DNA from: Dehalococcoidia bacterium
Lineage (GTDB): Bacteria; Chloroflexota; Dehalococcoidia; Lucifugimonadales; GCA-2712585
Length of the DNA: 64,000 nt
Direction of reading: 5' to 3'
Assembly: GCA_965208725.1 (NCBI GenBank)
Contig: CBDBPI010000002.1
Location: 936,427 to 1,000,426 of the forward strand
In this document: positions 18,104 through 26,840 of the stretch, in pieces
Numbering within the stretch: position 1 is the first letter of the stretch
Layout of the letters: every line of letters begins with the position of its first letter
Made by a program: the position numbers and the translations under genes
Notes under the pieces: model-generated
Databases searched by the model: none
Told to the model about the DNA's origin: nothing
What the model saw: only the letters and a program-made list of their open reading frames with translations

Positions 18104-20908
18104 GTGAATCCCGAAGAACAGGCACGCGCAAACATAGACCAGTTCCTACAGCAGGCGGGGTGGGTTATCCAGGACGCCGACGCCATCAACCTGTACGCTG
18201 GCAGCGGGGTTGCTGTGCGCGAGTTTCCCTTGAAGCAGGGGCACGGGAAGGCTGACTACCTGCTCTATGTCAATCAGAAGGCGGCGGGAGTCGTAGAAGC
18301 CAAGCCAGAGGGATCCACGCTCACTGGGGTGGAAATCCAGTCCGAGAAGTACAGCACTGGCCTGCCTGAAAATCTTCCCGCTTACCACCGTCCGCTCCCG
18401 TTCCTATACGAAAGCACCGGCGTTGAGACGCAGTTCACCAACAGACTCGACCCGGAGCCGCGAAGCCGTCTTGTTTTCTCCTTCCATACCCCTGAATCAC
18501 TGGCGAAGTGGCTCGGAGCATCTGTAACAACCAACACTGACACAAATCGGATAGCAGAAGATAGAGGAACCTACCTAGCGGCTTACAACTTGCGTCAGAG
18601 ACTAAAGGCCATGCCGCCCCTGAACTCATTGGGCCTTTGGTCGGTACAGGAGAAGGCCATCAGGAATCTGGAAGAGTCCCTGGCTGCGGGCAGGCCGCGA
18701 GCGCTGGTGCAGATGGCTACCGGAAGTGGCAAGACCTTCATGGCCTGCAACCAGGCGTACCGGTTAATCAAGCACGCGGGAGCCAAACGAGTTCTGTTCC
18801 TCGTAGACCGCAGCAACCTGGGACGTCAGACTCTCCGTGAGTTCCAGGGATTCACCCCTCCTGATGAGCGGCACAAGTTCACCGAACTGTACAATGTGCA
18901 GCTTCTTCAATCCTCTCGCATCGACCCCGTAAGCCGGGTGTGCATTGCCACCATCCAGCGGGTCTACTCCATCTTGAAGGGTGAGGAACTTGCCCCCGAT
19001 CTTGACGAGTTTTCCGGCTTCGGCGAGGCCGCCTTTCGGCGTGAGCCTGTCCCCGTAGAGTACAACCCTGACATTCCCATCGAGACCTTCGACTTCATCA
19101 TAACTGACGAGTGCCACCGCTCCATCTACAACCTGTGGCGGCAGGTGTTGGAATACTTCGACGCCTTCCTCATAGGCCTGACTGCCACTCCTTCCAAGCA
19201 GACCTTCGGGTTCTTCCAGCAGAATCTCGTCATGGAATACACCCACGAGCAGGCAGTGGCCGATAACGTGAACGTCGACTTCAACACCTATCGAATTCGC
19301 ACCAAAATCACCGAGCAAGGATCCACGGTGGAAGCAGGGTACTACGTTGACCGGCGTGACAGGCTTACACGCAAGCTCCGGTGGGAGCAGTTGGAAGAAG
19401 ACCTGACCTTCGGTCCCAACCAGCTTGACCGCGACGTGGTAGCGGAGGACCAGATTCGCACCGTCATCCAGACGTTTAAGGTTAAGCTGTTCACTGAGAT
19501 ATTCCCCACCCGCCGGGACGTGCCCAAGACCATTATTTTCGCCAAGGATGACAGCCACGCCGACGACATCGTGCGCACCGTGCGGGAGGTGTTCGCCAAA
19601 GGCAACGACTTCTGCCAGAAGATCACTTACAAGACCACCGGGGCGAAGCCGGAAGACCTGTTGACCGCCTTCCGCAACATCTACAATCCCCGCATAGTCG
19701 TCACGGTGGACATGATCGCCACCGGCACAGACATCAAGCCGGTTGAGATTGTCTTCTTCATGCGCAATGTTCGCAGCCGCAGCTTCTTCGAGCAGATGAA
19801 GGGACGCGGCGTCCGCACCATCTCCTCCACTGACTTCAACACTGTGACCCCGGACGCCCACAACAAGGACCGCTTCGTCATCGTCGATGCAGTTGGTGTG
19901 ACGGAAACCAAACTCTCCGACTCCTACTCCCTTGATAGAAAGCCGACCGTGTCCTTCGACAGACTGTTGGACCGAGTGAGCATGGGAGACCGGGATCCGG
20001 AGGTTCTCTCTTCCCTCGCCAGCAGGCTCGCCCGGTTGGACCGACACCTGACACCCAAGGACCGTGAAGCCATAGAAGAGGCGTCTCAGGGTGTGCCACT
20101 CCAGACCCTAATATCCGGCCTGGTCAACGCCACAGATCCGGACGCCGCCTTGGATGCTGCCCGGGTTGCGACAGGGCTGGACGACCCGCCGGAATCGGCA
20201 GTGACCAACGCTCAGAAGCAGTTGTTGGAAGACGCCGCACGGCCCTTTGCTTCGAACCCCGACCTGCGACAGAAACTGGTGGACATTCATCGCTCCTATG
20301 AGCAGACCATAGACAAGGTGAGCGCCGATAGTGTCTTGGAAGCTGGATACTCCGATGAGCAGGCAAGGGCTATCGTACAGTCCTTCCAGGAGTACATTGA
20401 GGAGAACCGGGACGAGATAACGGCCTTGCAGGTGCTTTACGAGCGGCCCTATAGTCAACGGTTGAGCTACGCTGATATCAAGGCTCTGGCTGATGCTCTG
20501 AAATCGCCACCCCGGTCATGGACCACCGATAGGCTCTGGGAGGCTTACCGGCAGCTGGACAGGTCAAAGGTGCGTGGTTCAGGCCAGCGAACCCTTTCCG
20601 ACATCGTGTCCTTGGTGCGCTATGCCATAGGAGGAGCGGATGAGTTGGCGCCCTTCTCCGACGGCGTACACGAACGTTTCCGGGGCTGGCTGGCCATGCA
20701 GGAGACGACTGGCTCTAACTTCACGGATGAGCAATTGCGTTGGCTGGAACGCATCAGGGACCACATCGCTGGCAGCGTCAGTATGGAGTTGAGCGATTTC
20801 CAGTACGCCCCTTTCAATCAGCAGGGCGGCCTGAGCAAGGCTTACGAACTGTTCGGGGATGAATTGGCCGGACTTCTTGAGAACCTGAACGGGGCTTTGG
20901 TAGGGTAG
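18104..20908 (+). CDS. hsdR: Type I restriction enzyme R subunit (EcoEI-like, with EcoEI_R_C-type tail)
   Basis: N-terminal HsdR_N (ARANIDQFLQQAGWVIQD). Helicase motifs MATGSGKT, ITDECHRS, GLTATP. Conserved C-terminal tail. Confidence 0.9.
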   Translation: MNPEEQARANIDQFLQQAGWVIQDADAINLYAGSGVAVREFPLKQGHGKADYLLYVNQKAAGVVEAKPEGSTLTGVEIQSEKYSTGLPENLPAYHRPLPFLYESTGVETQFTNRLDPEPRSRLVFSFHTPESLAKWLGASVTTNTDTNRIAEDRGTYLAAYNLRQRLKAMPPLNSLGLWSVQEKAIRNLEESLAAGRPRALVQMATGSGKTFMACNQAYRLIKHAGAKRVLFLVDRSNLGRQTLREFQGFTPPDERHKFTELYNVQLLQSSRIDPVSRVCIATIQRVYSILKGEELAPDLDEFSGFGEAAFRREPVPVEYNPDIPIETFDFIITDECHRSIYNLWRQVLEYFDAFLIGLTATPSKQTFGFFQQNLVMEYTHEQAVADNVNVDFNTYRIRTKITEQGSTVEAGYYVDRRDRLTRKLRWEQLEEDLTFGPNQLDRDVVAEDQIRTVIQTFKVKLFTEIFPTRRDVPKTIIFAKDDSHADDIVRTVREVFAKGNDFCQKITYKTTGAKPEDLLTAFRNIYNPRIVVTVDMIATGTDIKPVEIVFFMRNVRSRSFFEQMKGRGVRTISSTDFNTVTPDAHNKDRFVIVDAVGVTETKLSDSYSLDRKPTVSFDRLLDRVSMGDRDPEVLSSLASRLARLDRHLTPKDREAIEEASQGVPLQTLISGLVNATDPDAALDAARVATGLDDPPESAVTNAQKQLLEDAARPFASNPDLRQKLVDIHRSYEQTIDKVSADSVLEAGYSDEQARAIVQSFQEYIEENRDEITALQVLYERPYSQRLSYADIKALADALKSPPRSWTTDRLWEAYRQLDRSKVRGSGQRTLSDIVSLVRYAIGGADELAPFSDGVHERFRGWLAMQETTGSNFTDEQLRWLERIRDHIAGSVSMELSDFQYAPFNQQGGLSKAYELFGDELAGLLENLNGALVG

Positions 20909-20986
20909 GGTCAGTCGTGAGGACCTTGTTGGAGTGTTCAATGCCCTTGTCTCATTATGAGTTAACCGATAAGTGGAGGTAAGCCG

Positions 20987-21187
20987 ATGACTACCGCTGA
21001 TGAAATCAAGCAGGCAGTCTTGAGTCTTCCAGAATCCGAATACGACAAGATCATGGACTGGCTTTACGCGTTGGCAGAGGATGCATGGGACCGACAGATC
21101 GAGGAGGATGTCCTAGCCGGCAAGCTGGACTTCCTGAAGGAGGAGGTCGAACGAGCCAAGCGGGAAGGCACACTTAGGGAGTTATAG
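20987..21187 (+). CDS. Putative antitoxin (addiction-module component)
   Basis: 66-aa acidic helical protein (LSLPESEYDKIMDWL) ending 1 nt before the toxin-like gene starts. Confidence 0.45.
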   Translation: MTTADEIKQAVLSLPESEYDKIMDWLYALAEDAWDRQIEEDVLAGKLDFLKEEVERAKREGTLREL

Positions 21188-21188
21188 T

Positions 21189-21443
21189 GTGCATCGCACT
21201 ACTCCCCAATTCTGGTCGCGCTTTGGACGGCTGCCTGAAGCAATTCAGAGGACCGCCCGGCGAAACTTCCAGTTGCTCAAGGATAGTCCCAGGCACCCGT
21301 CGCTTCATTTCAAGAAAGTCAACGAATACTGGGTGGTTCGAGTTGGCCGTTCCTACAGGGCTGTTGCCATCGAAGAAGGTCAAGACCTGTTCTGGGTCTG
21401 GATCGGTAGTCACGACGAGTACATGCGGGTTATTGGCCAATAG
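21189..21443 (+). CDS. RelE/ParE-superfamily toxin-like protein
   Basis: 84 aa. ...RHPSLHFKKV...VRVGRSYRAVAIEEGQDLFWVWIGSHDEYMRVI is the pattern of the ParE/RelE-like family. Confidence 0.55.
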   Translation: MHRTTPQFWSRFGRLPEAIQRTARRNFQLLKDSPRHPSLHFKKVNEYWVVRVGRSYRAVAIEEGQDLFWVWIGSHDEYMRVIGQ

Positions 21444-21485
21444 GCATCAAGGCTCAAATGAACTTTAGGTGCAAGGAGGGTTTCG

Positions 21486-21710
21486 ATGCCTCCAAGTGAA
21501 ATAGTTTTCCAAGTGTGGGATTCGCCTGATAGAGGATACGAGGCTCGCGCCGTTGGACACAGCATCTTTACCGAGGCTGATGACTGGGAGCATCTCAAGT
21601 TTATGCTGAGGGATGCGGTACAGTGCCACTTTGATGATGGTGAAGCTCCCCAGTCAATTAGAATCCACTTGGGACAAGCCGAGCTGGAAAGTACACTGGG
21701 AATCCTCTAA
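21486..21710 (+). CDS. HicB-like / UPF0150-fold small protein
   Basis: IVFQVWDSPDRGYEARAVGHSIFTEADDWEHLKFMLRDAVQCHF matches the small family often mislabelled as a 2-oxoisovalerate dehydrogenase subunit. No hicA lies next to it. Confidence 0.4.
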   Translation: MPPSEIVFQVWDSPDRGYEARAVGHSIFTEADDWEHLKFMLRDAVQCHFDDGEAPQSIRIHLGQAELESTLGIL

Positions 21711-22753
21711 TGACGAATAGCTTAGATTTGTCCAGCATCTTTAACGTGTACTCAATGCGTGAACGCCCGCCGAACAATGCAGGACAAAGCCTGCCCAGCG
21801 AGTTCAGGAACCGCGTCTGGCTTTTCTGCACGGAGATGGTTCATCCTTACGATCACTATTCGCGAACAGGCTACAAAATCGCTGACTTCTGGATGACCTT
21901 GCGGGACAAGCTCCGGTATAAACAAGGGCGTGTCCAACTCACGGATAGAGGGCAACCCACGGTTATCATGGAAGTTGAAGCGTTCCTTTTGAAATGCAGC
22001 GATGAAGACTATCTCGACTTTATCGAGATGTTCTTCCAATCCGAAGACCTACCGAAGTATTTCTCGGATAGTGAATTAAAGGAGGCCGTAGGCAACATCA
22101 ACAGGTTCTTCACCGAAGACGACCTGCCATACTCTCTCACTGAGTTCTCAATATCCAAATCGAAAACGCTGAAGCCGAGAATTAATAGACTGTTGTTTCA
22201 GTTGTTCGGAGGCTTTAGGTTTAGATGGTCAGAATCACCTTGGGTGAAGTCGTCCCACATGCAACCTAAATCCCATCCCATCAGGATTCCGACCATAGAG
22301 GCATATCCACAGATAATTCGTCGTGACAGCCAGCTACTACATCAGACTGCCATACAACCCGCTCTGGAGCTGCTATCAAATCCCGCTTTTCGTTCAGCTA
22401 ATTTGGAATTCCTTGGGGCTCTGTCCGACTTCAGAAATAAGGACTACGCGGACTGCGTGGTAAAGTGTGGAAGCGCCTTTGAAAGCGTGATGAAGGTGAT
22501 CTGCGACCAGAAAAAATGGCCATATAAGCAAACCGATACGACTGAGCCATTGCTCAATGCGATCTTTCAACGGGCAGGCTTAGAGCCGTTTTTCAAGCAG
22601 CCCATCATGTTGGTTGCGACTATCAGGAACAGACTAAGCAGCGCACACGGGTCCGGCGCTAAATCTCGGGTCGTGCCCAAACACGTTGCAAATTATTCCA
22701 TCAATGCGACCGCGTCCGCAATTTTGCTTTTGGTAGAAGAGACAAATCCTTGA
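21710..22753 (+). CDS. AbiJ-N / Abi_C-like abortive-infection protein (HEPN-type C-terminus)
   Basis: N-terminus has LPSEFRNRVWLF, as in AbiJ N-terminal domains. C-terminus has IRNRLSSAHGSG (Rx4-6H) followed by VANYSINATASAILLLVE, as in Abi_C. Confidence 0.5.
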   Translation: MTNSLDLSSIFNVYSMRERPPNNAGQSLPSEFRNRVWLFCTEMVHPYDHYSRTGYKIADFWMTLRDKLRYKQGRVQLTDRGQPTVIMEVEAFLLKCSDEDYLDFIEMFFQSEDLPKYFSDSELKEAVGNINRFFTEDDLPYSLTEFSISKSKTLKPRINRLLFQLFGGFRFRWSESPWVKSSHMQPKSHPIRIPTIEAYPQIIRRDSQLLHQTAIQPALELLSNPAFRSANLEFLGALSDFRNKDYADCVVKCGSAFESVMKVICDQKKWPYKQTDTTEPLLNAIFQRAGLEPFFKQPIMLVATIRNRLSSAHGSGAKSRVVPKHVANYSINATASAILLLVEETNP

Positions 22754-24267
22754 TGCATAACGAATTCAAGCTGCCTTCAGGTTGGGCAACAGCCGACCTT
22801 GGAGCCGTAACGCAGCCTCGCGGCCTGAAGAGGAAACCTGCCGAGGTTGGCGACGCTCCTTTCATTGGCCTTGAGAGTATAGAATCCCACACAATGCGTT
22901 TGTTAAATGTCAAGAGAACGGGAGATGTAAAAAGTGCTGGTTCTTATTTCGAGAATGCGGATGTCTTGTATAGCAGACTCCGTCCCTATTTGAACAAGGT
23001 CTATATGCCAGACTTCTATGGTTTGGTATCGGGTGAGTTCATCGTATTCCCGAAACAAGACTCTCTGGACAACGCTTATCTAAAATACTTCCTAAATCGA
23101 GTCGAATTTGCCTCGCACGCAACCAGGCTTAACGCAGGAGATAGACCACGTGTAGACTTCAGTCAACTGGCTGACTACCCCTTTCCCCTCCCTCCCCTCG
23201 CCGAGCAGCACCGGATTGTGGCGGAGATTGAAAGGCACTTAACCCGCCTTGATGCCTCCGTTGCTGCGCTAAAGCGGGTCCAGGGCAACTTGAAGCGCTA
23301 CCGGGCCAGCGTCCTCAAGGACGCCTGCGAAGGCAAACTGGTCCCCACTGAGTCAGATCTTGCCCACGCCGAGGGCCGCGACTACGAACCCGCTGACCGT
23401 CTCTTAGAACGCATCCTGTCCGAACGCCGCGCCCACAGGATGGCTAGGAAGAATCGCCGGGTCAAGCACAAGGAGCCTGTTGCACCGGATACCTCCACCC
23501 TGCCAGGACTTCCTGAGGGCTGGGTATGGAGCAAAGTCGGGCAGAGCTTTGATGTTTACGTTGGGTCTACACCAAAAAGAGCAAGGCCAGACTTTTGGAA
23601 CGGGGACATCCCTTGGGTTAGCAGTGGTGAAGTGTCAAATGGCAGAATCAAGTCAACACGAGAGAGCATAACCCAAGAGGGTTTCGAGAATAGCAGCGTC
23701 AATCTTCATCCAGTAGGCACCGTACTATTGGGCATGATCGGTGAGGGGAAAACACGAGGGCAAGTATCCATATTGGATATACCCGCCTGCAATAATCAAA
23801 ACTCCGCGGCGATCAGGGTCTCTGAGTCTGGATTGCCACCTGAGTATGTCTTTTACTACCTCTGGGGCCAATATGATGCCACACGGCGAGTGGGATCCGG
23901 CAATAATCAACCCGCACTTAACAAAACACGTGTACAAGAGTTGTTGCTACCACTCCCACCCCTAGCCGAGCAACGCCGCATTGTTGCTGAGGTGGAGCGT
24001 CGCCTCTCTGTAATCCAGCAAACCGAGGCAGCGGTCGAAGCCAACCTGACCAGAGCCGAGCGTCTGCGTCAGAGCATCCTGAAGCAAGCGTTTGCGGGAA
24101 ATCTCGTGCCCCAGGATCCCAACGACGAACCGGCGTCGGTCCTGCTGGAGCGTATCCGCGCCGAGCGAGAGGCGGCTCAAGCCAAAGCCAAGCTCAATCG
24201 GAAGCCGCGTCGTCGAACCGGCAAGTCGAGGAAGCGCCAGCCTGTTCCAAAGGGAGCAACTCCATGA
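22750..24267 (+). CDS. hsdS: Type I R-M specificity subunit, two TRDs
   Basis: Two target-recognition halves, each followed by the conserved LPLPPLAEQ(H/R)RIVAE(I/V)ER helix. Overlaps its neighbours by 4 nt. Confidence 0.9.
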   Translation: MMHNEFKLPSGWATADLGAVTQPRGLKRKPAEVGDAPFIGLESIESHTMRLLNVKRTGDVKSAGSYFENADVLYSRLRPYLNKVYMPDFYGLVSGEFIVFPKQDSLDNAYLKYFLNRVEFASHATRLNAGDRPRVDFSQLADYPFPLPPLAEQHRIVAEIERHLTRLDASVAALKRVQGNLKRYRASVLKDACEGKLVPTESDLAHAEGRDYEPADRLLERILSERRAHRMARKNRRVKHKEPVAPDTSTLPGLPEGWVWSKVGQSFDVYVGSTPKRARPDFWNGDIPWVSSGEVSNGRIKSTRESITQEGFENSSVNLHPVGTVLLGMIGEGKTRGQVSILDIPACNNQNSAAIRVSESGLPPEYVFYYLWGQYDATRRVGSGNNQPALNKTRVQELLLPLPPLAEQRRIVAEVERRLSVIQQTEAAVEANLTRAERLRQSILKQAFAGNLVPQDPNDEPASVLLERIRAEREAAQAKAKLNRKPRRRTGKSRKRQPVPKGATP

Positions 24268-25757
24268 GCACATCCACCTCCATTGGGCAGAAGCTCTGGA
24301 ACTACTGCAACGTGCTCCGGGACGCGGGGCTGTCCTACGGCGACCACTTAGAGCAGTTGACCTTCCTCCTGTTCCTCAAGATGATGCACGAACGCAGCCA
24401 GCCACCGTATACGCTGCTGCCCAACTACCAGCCCCCGCCGATTCCCGACGGCTACGACTGGCCCAGCCTGCTGGCCCGTGACGGCGACGAGTTGGAGACC
24501 CACTATCGCCGCACCCTGGAAACCCTTGCTCGACAGCCTGGCACCCTGGGCGTCATCTTCAACAGGGCCAGGAACGAAATCCAGGAACCGGCCATGCTGA
24601 CGCGCCTGGTTAAGGACCTCATTGACAGCGAGACCTGGCTTAGGCTCAGCGCGGACGTGAAGGGGGAGGCTTACGAGTCCCTGCTTGAGCGGAATGCCCA
24701 GGACGTGAAGACCGGCGCAGGGCAATACTTCACTCCAAGGCCGCTGATCCAGGCCATCGTAGACGTGATGCGCCCGGTGCCGGACACGACCATCTGCGAC
24801 CCCGCCTGCGGCACCGGCGGCTTCTTCTTGGCCGCCCATGACTACATCGTCCGCAACAACCCAAGCATGAACCAAGGCCAGCTGGACCACCTTCAGAACG
24901 GGGCGCTCTTCGGCTGGGATAACGTGGTAAAGGCTGCCCGGCTCTGCGTCATGAACCTGTACCTGCACGGGATTGGGGGAGATGAAACCAATATCGTCGT
25001 CGATGACAGCCTGCGCACCCATCCTGGGGTCAACTTCGATATGGTTCTCACCAACCCGCCCTTCGGTAGGAAATCTAGCCTGACCTTCGTAGGCTCAGAT
25101 GGCGAGGCCGTACACGAGAGCCTGGTGGTGGAGCGTCCCGACTTCTGGGCCACCTCCAGCAACAAGCAGTTGAATTTTCTCCAACACGTGCGGTCCCTGC
25201 TGGAGATTCATGGGCGGGCGGCCATCGTGGTGCCGGACAATGTCCTGTTTGAGGGAGGTGCTGGGGAGACGGTGCGGCGTCACCTGTTGGCCGAGTGCGA
25301 CGTTCATACGCTTCTGCGTCTCCCCACAAAAATATTCTACGCTCAGAGTGTGAAAGCCAACGTGCTGTTCTTCGACCGCAAACCAGCCAGGGAGTCGCCT
25401 TGGACCAGCGACCTGTGGGTCTACGACCTTCGAACCAACCGGCGCTTCACGCTCAAGAACAATCCACTCTCCCGCGTCGACCTGGATGACTTCGTGTCCT
25501 GCTACAAGCCGGAAGCTCGCCACCAGCGCCAGGAAACCGAGCGTTTCAAACGATTCAGTTACGACGACCTTTTGAAGAGAGACAAGGTGAATCTCGACAT
25601 CTTGTGGATCCGCGACGAAAGCATGGAGGACACGGCCAACCTGCCGCCGCCGGACCAGATCGCCGAGGAGATTGTCGAAGACCTCCGCGACGCCCTGGAG
25701 CAGCTGGAGGAGATTTCGGCAGACCTGTCGCCGGAAACTGCCTCTGCCGCCGACTGA
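24264..25757 (+). CDS. hsdM: Type I R-M methyltransferase subunit (N6-adenine)
   Basis: HsdM_N start (LWNYCNVLRD), SAM motif DPACGTGGF, catalytic NPPFG. Confidence 0.9.
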   Translation: MSTSTSIGQKLWNYCNVLRDAGLSYGDHLEQLTFLLFLKMMHERSQPPYTLLPNYQPPPIPDGYDWPSLLARDGDELETHYRRTLETLARQPGTLGVIFNRARNEIQEPAMLTRLVKDLIDSETWLRLSADVKGEAYESLLERNAQDVKTGAGQYFTPRPLIQAIVDVMRPVPDTTICDPACGTGGFFLAAHDYIVRNNPSMNQGQLDHLQNGALFGWDNVVKAARLCVMNLYLHGIGGDETNIVVDDSLRTHPGVNFDMVLTNPPFGRKSSLTFVGSDGEAVHESLVVERPDFWATSSNKQLNFLQHVRSLLEIHGRAAIVVPDNVLFEGGAGETVRRHLLAECDVHTLLRLPTKIFYAQSVKANVLFFDRKPARESPWTSDLWVYDLRTNRRFTLKNNPLSRVDLDDFVSCYKPEARHQRQETERFKRFSYDDLLKRDKVNLDILWIRDESMEDTANLPPPDQIAEEIVEDLRDALEQLEEISADLSPETASAAD

Positions 25758-26840
25758 GAAACCAATTCCACCGTTCGCCCTTTCCCAATCTCTCAACTGT
25801 TGATCCCAATCTGCGGTTCAGTTCATCCTCTCTGACGCCTTAATCCAATAGGGTCAAACATGCTTCGCACCGCTCACCTGGGAATTGGCAGACTCCTTCC
25901 ATCACGAACTTGCACTAATGCCATTCACGAGCTGAGAATTGGCACTAAAATTGCCCCCGCGCCTTGACAAAAAGTGCTTGCAGGAACCGCACACAATTGC
26001 AGTTATTCCCGCCTGATTAGCCTTGCTCACGACCCAAATTGCACTTTGGCAACAAGTTCCATTTCCTGTTCTACCTCCGCACGCGGCGCCATGTGCCATG
26101 AAGACCTTACATCAGAGTACAGAGGTGACCACTGTCACCATCGTCTTGACGAATTGACGTCAACCGCCTTTGCGCGACGCTTATTGAATGTCTAGGTGGA
26201 CCCCGCAGGCCCGACTATTTCCTTTCCGCTGCTACAAACCGGCCCAGCGCCTGGTGGAGAGCCAAGAATCGACGGCCAACCCCTGAAACGGGCTCTCAAA
26301 ATGCCTCCCAGCGGCCATTTTCCGAGTTGCTCTACCCGTTCAACCATTGCACTCCGAATAGAGAAGTTTCGTGCCTGGAGTAGGAACTCTATCCCTACAA
26401 TCGCCATTTCCGTTTTTACAACTTTCGTGCCTGCGACTGGAAGGTCTCTCCGCCGCAGACCGTTTACACAAAGTGTTGCCTGAAATAGGCCTCGCATGGC
26501 TCCAGGCTCGGCTGATTTAGCTACGAAACGGCATCCGTTTGGAAAGACATTTCTACATCCACAAAACCACTTTTACTGTACTACATCCCCTCATGGCAGA
26601 CACGCCTCCGCCATGGAGACCTTAAAAGGGGGGCGTGCGTGCCCCCTCCCAGAGGCGTCCCGGTAGAACATCCACAGACCCAACCGTCGACCCGGACCGC
26701 GTCGCGCCCTATACCACAAATTGAGTTCTAAAACAATGGCTTATAAGGCCTTATGTTTCGCCAATTTCTTGTTCATAATTTGGTCTAGAGCCTCCCGAAT
26801 CAACGCCTACATGGCTCATCAGAAGGGGAAGGAAACCCGG

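Noticed and set aside
18764-20047. 427-aa ORF antisense to hsdR. Similar long antisense or off-frame ORFs occur at 12578..13405, 24348..25022, 25095..25796, 37276..38076, 38536..39366, 42562..43560, 46322..47146, 46408..46998, 48812..49621 and 50100..50675.
   Set aside because: Each lies entirely inside a gene with strong family motifs on the other strand or frame. The translations are low-complexity (G/R/P/A/V-rich), as expected for shadow ORFs in GC-rich DNA.
26192-26497. Overlapping ORFs 26192..26497 (-) and 26196..26483 (+) in the long non-coding stretch.
   Set aside because: The two mirror-image ORFs have no RBS, no motif and odd composition. They were treated as non-coding and are discussed under the repeat-bearing region.
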